A stretch of 64,000 nucleotides of DNA from Octopus vulgaris (lineage: Eukaryota). The notes under the pieces were generated by a model. That model had not been told where the DNA came from. It saw only the letters and a program-made list of their open reading frames with translations, and ran no database searches. A program made the position numbers and the translations under genes. The DNA lies in the NCBI GenBank assembly GCA_951406725.2, contig CATOCA020000016.1, positions 1 through 64,000 on the forward strand. Reading direction: 5' to 3'. Every line of letters starts with the position of its first letter. The stretch's first letter is position 1. Positions 14,130-25,431 of the stretch are shown in pieces.

Positions 14130-14505
14130 TTCAACAGAATTAAATGTAAACGAAAGGAAAGAAAAGAAAACAAGCAAACAAACAACAGTAATATTATTTA
14201 TTTCTATAGAAGCTGAAGTTTATCTGTTTAAAATCAAAATAAACTCCATGTATTTTTTTATTTCCTGTTCTTTGTGTTTTGCATTATTTGGCGACGATTT
14301 TTAGGCAAAATAAACAATGAAATAAACGAGCAGACGATTGAAGTCAATGGTTTACTAAGTAAATTGATTGAACATCCGACTATGGTCTATTTTAGACTGT
14401 ATTTTGCTACCGATACACCCACCCATACTTCACACATAGACTCATAGTCATTGCATTAATGTGTCTGTGTGCGTTTCTGCGTGTGTGTGTGTGTACCCGT
14501 GTGTG

Positions 14506-14543
<38 letters not shown>

Positions 14544-14587
14544 GATAAATCTCAGAGCGAGTTATAAACAGTAGCGGTAACACATCG

Positions 14588-14827
14588 TGACGCATATTTG
14601 CCATTTGAATATGGCTAACCCCTAAGGGTGTATGCTAATGTAGTTTGTAGCCCCAGGAAGATACCTCCTCCAGCTGGCTATAGACACACTTTCTGTGCCC
14701 TATCAGTATTTGTGATAGGGCACATAAAGTGTGTCTATAGCCAGCTGGAGGAGGTATCTTCCTGGGGCTACAAACTACAGTAGCATACACCCTTAGGGGT
14801 TAGCCATATTCAAATGGCAAATATGCG

Positions 14828-14830
<3 letters not shown>
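14588..14830. repeat. Near-perfect palindrome (118-bp arms, 7-nt loop) within a (TA)n-flanked insert (14541-14830)
   Basis: 14588-14705 is the reverse complement of 14713-14830 with 2 mismatches. Confidence 0.95.
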
Positions 14831-14899
<69 letters not shown>

Positions 14900-15141
14900 C
14901 GTTGCTATTATACAAAAGTGTAGTAAGTCCAAAACATTATTTTTCAGAAAACGTAAAAAATAATTTCGCCATTTCATAGCAAAACCGTTGTATTACATTT
15001 TGACAATTTTTGAAATCTTGACATCTGAAGCAGCTGGAGATAATTTGACCAAAAAAGCGAGCTATTGCAAGCAAAAATAAATATTGAAAAAAACGCATTG
15101 GGCCAAATTTGGACATATGACAGTTTAACATTATAGCAACG
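14900..15141. mobile_element. MITE-like element in (TA)n
   Basis: Termini cgttgctat...atagcaacg, imperfectly extendable to ~34 bp (both reach gtccaaa); non-coding. Confidence 0.65.
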
Positions 15142-15147
15142 ATATAA

Positions 15148-15245
<98 letters not shown>

Positions 15246-15399
15246 ATATATGTGTATATGTGTGTGTGTGTATGCATATGCATGACCTATATACGTAGGT
15301 AAGTATGTAAGTAAATATGTATGTACGTATATATATATGTTCTCTTATTCTATCCCACCACCTGTGTAATCACCTTTTAATTGGCCAATTATATGTGAT

Positions 15400-15796
15400 T
15401 GGCTTTTGGTGAAGGAGGGAGTTCGACATTGCTGCCCTCTTTTGAGTTTCCTACCTTGACATTGCTTTATCTGGGATCTTGGATAGCAAGAAGTCAAGTT
15501 GTTTCTTGAAAACATCTGCCCCCACTCCATGGAGATCCCTCAAATGTTTTAGCAAGGCGTTAAAAAGGTGTGGGCCCTCAGATCCTAAGCTATGGCAGTA
15601 CATGACCCTCAACTTAGATGAGACAGCTGAGACTTTTGGAACAGTGCAGTGACGTCCAATTCGACGTCTGGTATAACTCTGAATTCTAAAGTTTGGTGAT
15701 AGCCCCTCCAGTGTCTTCCACACATATATCACTGCATACCCCTTCCGCCTTCGTTCCAGGAAATACAGTTTTAGCTCTTTCAGTCTCTCCTAGTAT
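15400..15796 (-). pseudogene. Decayed 3' fragment of the CR1/L2-group LINE
   Basis: IYVWKTLEGLSPNF...GRHCTVPK...LRDLHGVGADVFKKQLD parallels the C-terminus of 25516-26943. Confidence 0.85.
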
Positions 15797-16029
15797 AAGG
15801 CTCGGTCAATTAGACTGGCTGGTGTGTGATCAACTAAGCTGGAATCTTTCGCTAAAGAGCCTGGTCAAACTTTCTTGAAACTCAGATGGGTTATAAAATG
15901 CTGACGAATCAAAACTCAGGCCGAGTCATCTAGAGGTTCACACAAAGCCTTGTCGTTCTGATCCTTGCAATACCTTCTTATCCTTCCGATACTCTCTCAC
16001 GCGCGGCAGGCGTTCGGTAGGCGGCGAAC

Positions 16030-16185
16030 GGTCGACTCGGAATTGATACGGACAAGAGGAATCTGACTGACTAATTAAGACAAAACATCGTGTAGCCAGC
16101 CGAGCCGCGAAGACGCGATGTGATTTCTGCTGAATGTCAAAGTGAAGAAATTCAACCAAACGCGGGTAAACGGCGGGAGTTACTA
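16030..16185 (+). pseudogene. Degenerate 28S rRNA fragment
   Basis: gacgcgatgtgatttctg, ctgaatgtcaaagtgaagaaattcaa, cgcgggtaaacggcgggagt match conserved eukaryotic LSU rRNA. Confidence 0.85.
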
Positions 16186-16337
16186 CTTTACTTTCAGAAC
16201 GACCTACACGGAACTATGTCGCTCACTTCCATGATAAGTGTTCTTATTTTTCTGCCTAGAATGACCTAAAATGTTACTCGAAGTTACGTGAGCAAGCATG
16301 ATGATAAAGCTTTCTCATCGTATCTATCTCTTTCTCT

Positions 16338-16534
16338 TTTATATCTTTTATTTGTTTCAATCATTTGACTGCGGCCATGCTGGAGCACCGCCTTTAGTCG
16401 AGCAAATCGACTCCAGGACTTACTCTTTGTACGCCTAGTACTTATTCTATCGGTCTCTTTTGCCGAACCGCTAAGTTACGGGGACGTAAACACACCACCA
16501 TCGGTTGTCAAGCGATGTTGGGGGGACAAACACA

Positions 16535-16600
<66 letters not shown>

Positions 16601-16772
16601 CATATATACGACAGGCTTCTTTCAGTTTCTGTCTACCAAATCCACTCACAAGTCTTTGGTTGGCTCGAGGCTATAGGTGAAGACACTTGCCCAAGGTGCC
16701 TCGCAGTAGGAATGAACCCGGAACCATGTGGTTGGTAATCAAGCTATTTACCACACAGCCACTCCTGCGCCT
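16338..16772 (-). mobile_element. SINE family A, full length (tRNA-derived head, internal microsatellite, LINE-like tail)
   Basis: A box tggctgtgtgg, B box gggttcattcc, ccttgggcaagtg core, tail ggcggtgctccagcatggccgcagtcaaatga. Confidence 0.9.
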
Positions 16773-16809
16773 ATCTACTTAATTTCTTCTAAAAAATTAT
16801 GAAGTGTAA

Positions 16810-17245
16810 GGCGGTGAGCTGGTAGAAGCGATGGCATACTCGAAGACATGTCTATAGGCATTTCGTCCTCGTTTACGGTTCGAGTTTAAATTTCGCCGAG
16901 GTCTACTTTGCCTTTTATCCTTTTGGGGTCGATAAAATAAGTACCGGTTGAGTATTATGATCGTTGTAACCGATTTACCCCTCTCCCAAAATTTCTGGCT
17001 ATGTGCAAAAAATTGAAATAACCATGAAATGTAAGGCGTGGAGCTGACAGAAACGATAACACGTCTGGAACAAATGCCTAACGGCATTTCCTCCGTGTTT
17101 ACGTTTTGAGTTCAAATTCTACCGATGCCGACTTTGTCGTTCATCCTTCGGGATTGATAAAATAAGTACCAGTCAAGTATTAGAGCCGATGTAATCAATT
17201 AGTCCCCATCCCCGAAATTGCTGGCCTTGTGTTAAAATTTGAAAC
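16810..17245 (+). mobile_element. Two tandem copies of SINE family B
   Basis: Each begins ggcg..gagctg..agaa and contains gagttcaaatt..gccga..gactttg...tcatcct..ggg.tcgataaaataagtacc. Confidence 0.8.
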
Positions 17246-17433
17246 TGTGAACTGTCTTTGTATTACTACTTAGCATATTATGCATCGCCAGATATTCCTT
17301 GAATGCCGTGATATCGATTCGACTGTTGTGTACAGATGTTTCGGGTTCGTTGAAATGTACAAAAACTAATATGATATTAGTGTGATTAGTATGAACGGAG
17401 CTCGCAGCCCACCAAACGTCGATCCACATCCTG

Positions 17434-17757
17434 GCACTCTGTCGGTTATGACGACGAGTGTTCCAGTTGATCCGATCAACGGAACAGCCTGCTCGTGAAA
17501 TTAACTTGCAAGTGGCCGAGCATTCCACAAACATGCGTACCTTTACCGTTGTTCTCAGGGAGATTGAGCGCAACATAGAGTGTGACAAGGCTGGTCCGTT
17601 GAAATACTAGTGCTACTCATTTTTCCCAGTTAAGTCGACTGGAGCAATGCGAAATAGTTATGTCTTGCGCGAAGATACAACACGCCGCCAGGAACTAAAT
17701 TCACGGCCATACGCTTGTGAGTCGAATACCGTAACCACTAAACCGCGCGCCTTCACA
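17434..17757 (-). mobile_element. SINE family C
   Basis: tRNA-like head ggcgcgcggtttagtggtta; tail aatttcacgagcaggctgttccgttgatc shared with 38195-38510 and 45720-46104. Confidence 0.8.
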
Positions 17758-17837
17758 CACATATATGGAGAAAAAAACCCAAAAGAAAAATGTAAAGGGA
17801 CGAGCGGTCCTTCCCGAATCATAGGCTAATAATGCCG

Positions 17838-17935
17838 GTTTCCTTCTTTCTTGAGCGTCCAATAATTCTATACTTGTTCCACGTCCTCGCGTTGTTGTGT
17901 TTTCTCTTTGTGTTTTCATGTTTGGATTAACTTTA
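17838..17935 (+). repeat. Truncated copy of the 22410-22602 HHR element, ending in (TA)n
   Basis: gagcgtc.aataa..ttgttccacgtcctcgcgttg..gtttggattaact shared. Confidence 0.8.
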
Positions 17936-17954
17936 TATATATATATATATATAT

Positions 17955-18140
17955 AGGGAGAATTCGCAAAAACAACAACGAAAGACGAAGACAGGTGGTA
18001 TAGACAACAAACATGTATTAGTATAACGTTTGGGAAGTGAAAAAGTCTTTAACGTTTCGAGCCTCTTCTACGGAAAGGAACACAGAAAGAAACAAGGAGA
18101 GAAAATAAAGAATGTGTTGCGGCTAGCGATCTATCATGGC

Positions 18141-18142
<2 letters not shown>
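17955..18142 (-). mobile_element. PLE pseudo-LTR fragment with degenerate HHR, in (TA)n
   Basis: Homologous to 23863-24013, which lies downstream of the GIY-YIG ORF; minus strand ccgtagaagaggctcGAAAcgtt...aacgtt. Confidence 0.7.
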
Positions 18143-18186
<44 letters not shown>

Positions 18187-18959
18187 GCATATATGTATAT
18201 GTGTGTGTATGCATGTGTATTTGCGCGTATGTATCAAACAAAATGGAAGTGAGCACGTAAAGTAGAAAGGGCAATTGCACAAAAAAAATGGCTGCCATAA
18301 AGAAGTATTTGTAATAATAAAGATAATAATAATATTAATAATAAAAATGATAATAATGAGAATAACAAGAACAACAAAAACAATAACTGCAACAACTAAC
18401 GATGATGATGATGATGATGAATAAAAAATACCCCCCCAAAAACAAACACAACTAACAATCTCCCTCATCACCACAGCGATCTCAGTAGTAACATCGATAA
18501 CGACTACGAGAACCACCACCACCACTAACAACAACAACAACAATATCTACAACGACAACAATAACAACAGAAACGATGGCTGTGCAATGACTGTAATGTC
18601 AGAACATTAATGAAACGTACCCAGTTGTCTCAGAGTCAATTACGAAAATAACATTTGATGCTTCCAAAAGTGATAATTTTGTTGAGTATGAAATATAGAA
18701 TTTGAGAAACTATTTTGTCTTGATTTATGGTATGTGTGCAAAAGCAGTTAAGGAATAACGGAAAAAAATATCCCCCCCTCTGAAATAAATAAATAAAAAA
18801 ACCAACCAAGTAATAAAGACTGGAGGAAACAAGAAGTAAAGAATGAAGCAAAAAGAAGCAGACGATAAACTATTCGTAAGCAAACTGATTCTCTCATGCA
18901 TTCTGTAATCTTTTAAATACGGACGTACCTTTTGTTGTTTTGATTATGTTGTATGTGTG

Positions 18960-18992
<33 letters not shown>

Positions 18993-19017
18993 GTGTGTAT
19001 ATATATATATATGTATA

Positions 19018-19061
<44 letters not shown>

Positions 19062-19077
19062 CATATACATACATATA

Positions 19078-19200
<123 letters not shown>

Positions 19201-19822
19201 ACGTATATTTGTTTGTATGTATTTACGACGTATGTACATTTAAGTATATACACGAATGCGTGTGCCTATGTACACATGTATCTGTGTTGTATGTATATAT
19301 ATATAAATATATAATATATATATATATATATGGTTGCGTGTATATATACATATGTATGGATGAATAATTGAATGTGTATATATATCATATATGTATATGT
19401 ATTATATACGTGCGTATATAATTGTATGTATGCACAGACATATATGCACACATATATGCCTGTGCAGATGTGCGTGTTTCTGTATATGTGTGTGTGTGCA
19501 TATTTATATGTGTGCATATACGTATATATGTATGAATGCATATATGTATGCATATATGTGTATATTTATTTTCTTATAACTTATTTTCCTGTTTTCTATC
19601 ATAAATCTGATATTTAAATATTTCCTTACAACCCAATAATATAGTCTTCATAATTTATTTCAATTTAACATTGCCGTTAAGATTTTGCAGTGGTATTTCT
19701 TATTCTTTTATATTTCTTTAGGTGGGATGGGATTCAGCCATTTTTTATTGTTTTTAATTTTCTTGAAAGCTTTATGTGTTCATCTATTTTTTTTTATTAG
19801 TTATTTACTTATGTGATGATCA

Positions 19823-19960
<138 letters not shown>

Positions 19961-20382
19961 ATGTATATGTGTATGTATGTGTGTGTGTATGTGCATGTGT
20001 TTGTTGTGTGTGAGAATGCCTTGGTAAGTTTGCTTCTGGTCATGTCTGTGTAATCTCGTAGGTGGTTGTGTGTCGAATCAGATGAAATCCGAACTGCATG
20101 TTATCAATTTTCTTTATAGGGAGTTTGCATGATATCGAAATGGACTTTTTTTATAAAAAGAAAATAAAAACATCCAGGATCCATAAAATAAGTCTATGCT
20201 TATTGATCAAGACGGTTCCTGTTGTCTATTGTTCGCTGACGAGACTCAGTAATACAGAAACAGGTTCATTTTGTTACCAATCCTGAGACTGGATTTTCAC
20301 TTAAATTTTTTATTTAACTTATTCAGATTATCTTCCCTTTACTTCATGTTTAACTACCGGATGCCGATAGGTATTTTGCTTT

Positions 20383-20603
20383 CTTTACTCTTTACTCTTT
20401 TACACTTTTACTTGTTTCAGTCATTTGACTGCGGCCATGCTGGAGCACCGCCTTTAGTCGAGCAAATCGCCCCCGGGACTTATTCTTTGTAAGCCCAGTA
20501 CTTATTCTATCGGTCTCTTTTGCCGAACCGCTAAGTGACGGGGACGTAAACACACCAGCATCGGTTGTCAAGCAATGCTAGGGGGACAAACACAGGCACA
20601 CAG

Positions 20604-20640
<37 letters not shown>

Positions 20641-20806
20641 CATATATACGACGGGCTTCTTTCAGTTTCCGTCTACCAAATCCACTCACAAGGCATTGGT
20701 CGGCCCGAGGCTATAGCAGAAGACACTTGCCCAAGATGCATCGCAGTGGGACTGAAGCCGGAACCATGTGGTTCGTTAGCAAGCTACTTACCACACAGCC
20801 ACTCCT
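20383..20806 (-). mobile_element. SINE family A, full length
   Basis: High similarity to the other copies; (gtaaaaga)n tail. Confidence 0.9.
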
Positions 20807-20959
20807 GGCCTTTCTTTAACTAAAAGGCATATTTTAATCTAAAATTTTTTTGTACGTCTTTTAGTCTATATTTCTCTTTATTCGGTAATTGTTTCGATAA
20901 TTTGACGGCGGGCATACTGGTTTCAGTAATTTGACGGTTTCATATTGGTTTCAGTAATC

Positions 20960-21326
20960 TAATGGCGGGTATACTGGTGCATTGCCTTGAACAAGTTGGC
21001 CCCAGTACATATTTTTTTTGATGCCTGCTCTCTTTTGTCGAGCTGTTGAGTTACAAGGACATGAAGTAACCAACACCTGTTGTCTAACAGTGGGGTAGGT
21101 GGACGAACACAAGCACAAATACACATGTACATCCATATATACATAGATACACACACAGGTATGTATATACGACAGACTTTTACACAGTTTCTGCCTACCA
21201 AATTTACTCACAAGTCGTTCATCGGCCCGAGGCTATGGTACATGACATTTGCCAAGTTGCCACGCAGTAGGACTGAACCCCAAACCAGGTGGCTCCAAAG
21301 TGATCTCCTTAACCACTCTGCCATGC
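20960..21326 (-). mobile_element. SINE family A, older diverged copy
   Basis: Colinear with family A. Confidence 0.7.
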
Positions 21327-21560
21327 CCCCATCTATGTGTAACTTGCATATTTTGTTTACTTCAAACATCAGATTGAATTATTTATGTTATTTTCCTTTG
21401 CATATTTTTTTATTAAGCAAATTAATACTCGTCAAAAGTGAACTGTTAACTGCAACACTCTTTGTCTAAGTTTGATCTTTCTGTCAAGAGAGAATTATAT
21501 TGTGGCCATGACCGTTACACATCTTCCGAGCACTGTAGGTGGTGGGGGTACGTAAGTATC

Positions 21561-22070
21561 CTTCCTCTCCTCTCCGCCTCCTCCTCCGCCTCCTCCATCA
21601 CCACCACCTGCTTCTTTTTCCTCACCTCCTTCTCCTTCTTTCTCCCCTCCTCTCCTTTTATCCTCTCCCTCTTTATCTTTCTTCCCTCTTTATCCTCCTT
21701 CCCACTTCATCTTCGTCGTCGTCATCCTCATCAACATCTTATATACTTCTTCTTTTTCTTCTTCATTTTCTTCATCTTCTTCTTCTTTTTCTTCTACATT
21801 TCCCTTCTCACCTCCTGCTCCTCCTTCTTTTTCTTCTTCTTCTTTTCTTCTCCTTCTTCTTCTTCTTCTTCTTCTTCTTCTTCTTCTTCTTCTTCTTCTC
21901 TCTTCCACCTCCCTTCCACCTCCCTTCCACCTCCCCTCATCCTCTCCTCTTCCCCTCCTCTTCCTTTTTCTTCTTCTCTTTCGTCTTCTCTTCCTATCCT
22001 CTTTCATCTATTACTTCTCTCCTCCTCCTCTTCCTCCTCCTTCTTCTTCTTATCATTATTATTATTATCA
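21561..22070. repeat. Polypyrimidine/(TTC)n low-complexity tract
   Basis: Direct inspection. Confidence 0.9.
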
Positions 22071-22470
22071 TTACATATTTGATGTGTTTTAGATTTAGAG
22101 ATTTACTTCTATCGGACAATCTGTCTGCTAGAAAGCTGTGAGATGTGACGTAGAATGGAACAGAGAGCTAATGAAAAGTAGATTGCTTCTAGCAGAACTC
22201 TCTTAAAATTACACATGAACACATATATTGTTCATGCTAGTATGTAATATGGTTACTTATACAAATCTGCACAAACATACACACAGCAATATGCATTCAA
22301 CGTAATCAAATGTATGAAAAGTGTATATGTGTGTACGTGTAACTTATGACATTTGACATATTCAAATCCAAGTTATATAATTGAAGTTGCTACAGCAAGA
22401 AACAATTCAACACCGTCCGTTCTACATATTTCACAATTCTGTCTTCCCTTCTTGGGATCTTTCCTTCTCC

Positions 22471-22539
22471 TTGTTTCCGACGAAGAGCTCCGCTCGAAAC
22501 GTTAAACCCTCCTTCCCTTCTTTCCTGAGCGTCAAATAA
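22471..22539 (+). ncRNA. Type I hammerhead ribozyme, variant core
   Basis: ttgttt-CCGACGA-a-gagc(tcc)gctc-GAAA-cgtt...agcg-TC-aaataa; all three stems pair. Confidence 0.65.
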
Positions 22540-22721
22540 TACTTTAATTGTTCCACGTCCTCGCGTTGCTGTTTTTTTCTGTGTTTTCTTGTTTGGATTA
22601 ACTATATATATATATATATATATTGATAAAACGGTAAGATAACAAAAGAAAGAAAGAGACCTCAATATTATGTTAATAGAGGAAATTTATCTATACAATA
22701 TGTTACATTACTCGGTAGTCA

Positions 22722-22784
22722 AGATAAAACTCTGAGTTTCAGATGCCGAAGTGGAAATCCACAACACCATCTCTTCGGTTATCT
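22722..22784 (-). ncRNA. Hammerhead-like ribozyme (left arm)
   Basis: Reverse complement of 22814-22876. Confidence 0.6.
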
Positions 22785-22813
22785 GGCTATTTTTTATAGC
22801 CAGAAAAATAGCC

Positions 22814-22876
22814 AGATAACCGAAGAGATGGTGTTGTGGATTTCCACTTCGGCATCTGAAACTCAGAGTTTTATCT
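22814..22876 (+). ncRNA. Hammerhead-like ribozyme (right arm), variant core
   Basis: agataa-CCGAAGA-gatg..gtgga tt tccac..catc-t-GAAA-ctcagag-TT-ttatct. Confidence 0.6.
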
Positions 22877-22893
22877 TGACTACCAAGTAATGT

Positions 22894-22960
<67 letters not shown>

Positions 22961-22967
22961 AAATATA

Positions 22968-23379
22968 TTCTTTTACTTGTTTCAGCCATGTGACTGTGGC
23001 CATACTGGAGCACCGCCTTTAGTCGAGCAAATCGACCCTAGGGCTTATTTTTTGTAAGCCTAGTACTTATTCTATCGGTCTCTTTTGCCGAACCGCTAAG
23101 TTACGGGGATGTAAACACACCAGCATCGGTTGTCAAGCGATGTTAGGGGTGGGAACAAACACAGACACACAAACATATACACACACACATATATATATAT
23201 ATATACACATATATACAACGGTCTTCTTTCAGTTTCTTTCTACCAAATCCACTCACAAGGCTTTAGCCGATCCGAGGCTATAGTAGAAGACACTTGCCCA
23301 AGGTGTCACGCAATGTGACTGAACCCTGAACCATGTGGTTCGTAAGCAAGCTACTTACCACACAGCCAATCCTACGCCT
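22968..23379 (-). mobile_element. SINE family A, full length
   Basis: Colinear with the other copies. Confidence 0.9.
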
Positions 23380-23383
23380 ATGG

Positions 23384-23425
23384 AAATATATGGAACGCTT
23401 CACGAATTTACGTGCCATCCTTGCG

Positions 23426-23427
<2 letters not shown>
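23384..23427 (-). pseudogene. U6: U6 snRNA 3'-end fragment
   Basis: Minus strand tgcgcaaggatggcacgtaaattcgtgaagcgttccatatattt versus U6 TGCGCAAGGATGACACGCAAATTCGTGAAGCGTTCCATATTTT. Confidence 0.92.
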
Positions 23428-23481
<54 letters not shown>

Positions 23482-23571
23482 ATAAGTGTAAATCGTATAC
23501 GAGTGGGTATATATTTATAAAAAAAGAAGTTTGAAAACGCCACTATATAAGATAAATTTTAATTGTCTTAG

Positions 23572-23623
23572 AAATTTTACATGTTTCGGTTCTTCTTGAA
23601 AAACGAACCTTATCAAAAATATT
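23572..23623 (-). ncRNA. Minimal type I hammerhead ribozyme with U3-A8 core
   Basis: aatattt-TTGATAA-ggttc(gtttttcaagaa)gaacc-GAAA-catg-TA-aaattt; palindromic stem III acatgt; weak AU-rich stem I. Confidence 0.6.
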
Positions 23624-23636
23624 TTAAAAACTTAAG

Positions 23637-23795
23637 TGTTATAAAAAAGTTCATAATTGTTTTCTTACTGGTCTCAACAGAATCCACGTTGTGGTGTTTT
23701 GTGGGTAGTAAGCATAATAGCTGTAAATTTAAAGTTGAGTGTAATAAAAAAGTTCATAATTGTTTCTTACTGGTCTCAACAGAATCCACGTGGTT
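23637..23795 (+). repeat. Direct duplication of a ~55-bp unit
   Basis: ataaaaaagttcataattgttt(t)cttactggtctcaacagaatccacgt at ~23641 and ~23744. Confidence 0.9.
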
Positions 23796-23862
23796 GGTTT
23801 TAGCTGTCTTATATGTCCGAATGACCAGTGGCTGAAATGGCAGTAAAAGACAAAGAGCGGTG

Positions 23863-24896
23863 GTGTAGAAAACAAACAGATGTATTAGTATAACATTCGG
23901 GAAGTGAAAATGTCTTTAACGTTTTGAGCCTACGGTCTTCCATAGAGGAGAATACAGAAAGAAACAAGGATAGAAAATAAAGAATGTGTAGTGGCTAGCG
24001 ATCTATCATGGTGAATACCGGACAGAGGGGTCACACAGGAGAGTTAGGGAGAAGAGGAGATAATAAAGTAGTGGCGATTCGAAAACGAAGGTGCGCGTGC
24101 GTGTGTATAAGAGAGTATGTATGTGCGTGTGGAAGAGGGCTGGTGACCTTGATGTGTGCATGTGTGTATGTGTAAGTGTGTGGATGTGGGGCTGGGAAGT
24201 GGTCAGGGCTACTGTGTGCGTGGTGGTGTGATGTGGTGTTGTGTGGTATGGTGGTGCATGGTATAGTGGTGTGTGGTGTGATGGTGTTGGGAGATGGGGA
24301 GGGGAGAGTGGGGAAAGCAAGGGTGTGTGGTGTGGGTTAGGCTGAGGGTGTGGGTAGAGGTGGGGTATGTGGGAGTGGGTAGAGGTGGGGTATGTGGGAG
24401 TGGGTAGAGGTGGGGTATGTGGGAGTGGGTGTAATGGATGGGGTGGGATGGAATGGATAGCGAAGGTGGAGTTGGTTTGTGTAGGGATGGGGTGGGTTAA
24501 GATGGAGGGGTGACGATGAAAGGGGAAGGGAGAAGGTGGGTAGGAGTGAAGAGAAGAGAGGAGAGTAGGAGTGAAGAGAAGAAGTAGGAGCCGGAGCAAG
24601 AGAGGAGAGGTGGGTGTGAGGAAGTAGGTGTGAGGGGAGAGAGGAGAGGGGAGGAGAGTTGAGCCCATGTGGGGCAAAGGAGAGAAGGGAGAAGATTAAT
24701 CCTTGTTCATGGTGCAAATGGGAGTCCAGATGACCCTTGTGCAAGGACAATCCGAACACAGACAGGTGTTCCAAAGAGTGACCGGTACAGCGGAAATGGC
24801 GCGGGATCGGCGTGTCATTGCCGAGTCGGATGTCTTGGAGGTGTTCTGTGAACCGGACAGCCAAGTGGCGTCCAGTTTGCCCGATGTATAGAGAAG

Positions 24897-24900
<4 letters not shown>
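23863..24900 (-). mobile_element. Penelope-like element 3' part: GIY-YIG endonuclease fragment (~24655-24900), C-rich UTR with 25-bp tandem repeats, degenerate HHR region
   Basis: CPSLYIGQTGRHLAVRFTEHLQDIR...RHF...EQGLIFSLLSFAPHGLN; gtgggtagaggtggggtatgtggga repeated about three times at 24350-24430. Confidence 0.88.
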
Positions 24901-24942
<42 letters not shown>

Positions 24943-25094
24943 CAGGAGATGCAATATATATGCAATATATATATGACTTACTTGAAAGTATATATATATA
25001 TATATGTTAGCTTATACACATACACACATGTACATGCATACATATACATACATACATATATATATACTTATACACATACACACATGTACATGCC

Positions 25095-25145
<51 letters not shown>

Positions 25146-25220
25146 TATATAATATATGTACATATTATATGTATATTACATATATATGTAAATTATATAT
25201 ACTATATAATTATATATATA

Positions 25221-25258
<38 letters not shown>

Positions 25259-25431
25259 TATATATATTTCATATACATATATATATAATATATATATGCA
25301 TATGAACATATATATATACATATGAATACATATATTTACATATGAATATATATATGTATATATATATATATCTATATGTATATATACATATATATATATA
25401 TGAATATATATATATATGTATATGTATATTA

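Larger units (their letters stand above)
22698..22900. repeat. Palindrome with 97-bp arms within a (TA)n-flanked insert (22623-22897)
   Basis: 22698-22794 versus 22804-22900, one mismatch. Confidence 0.95.
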
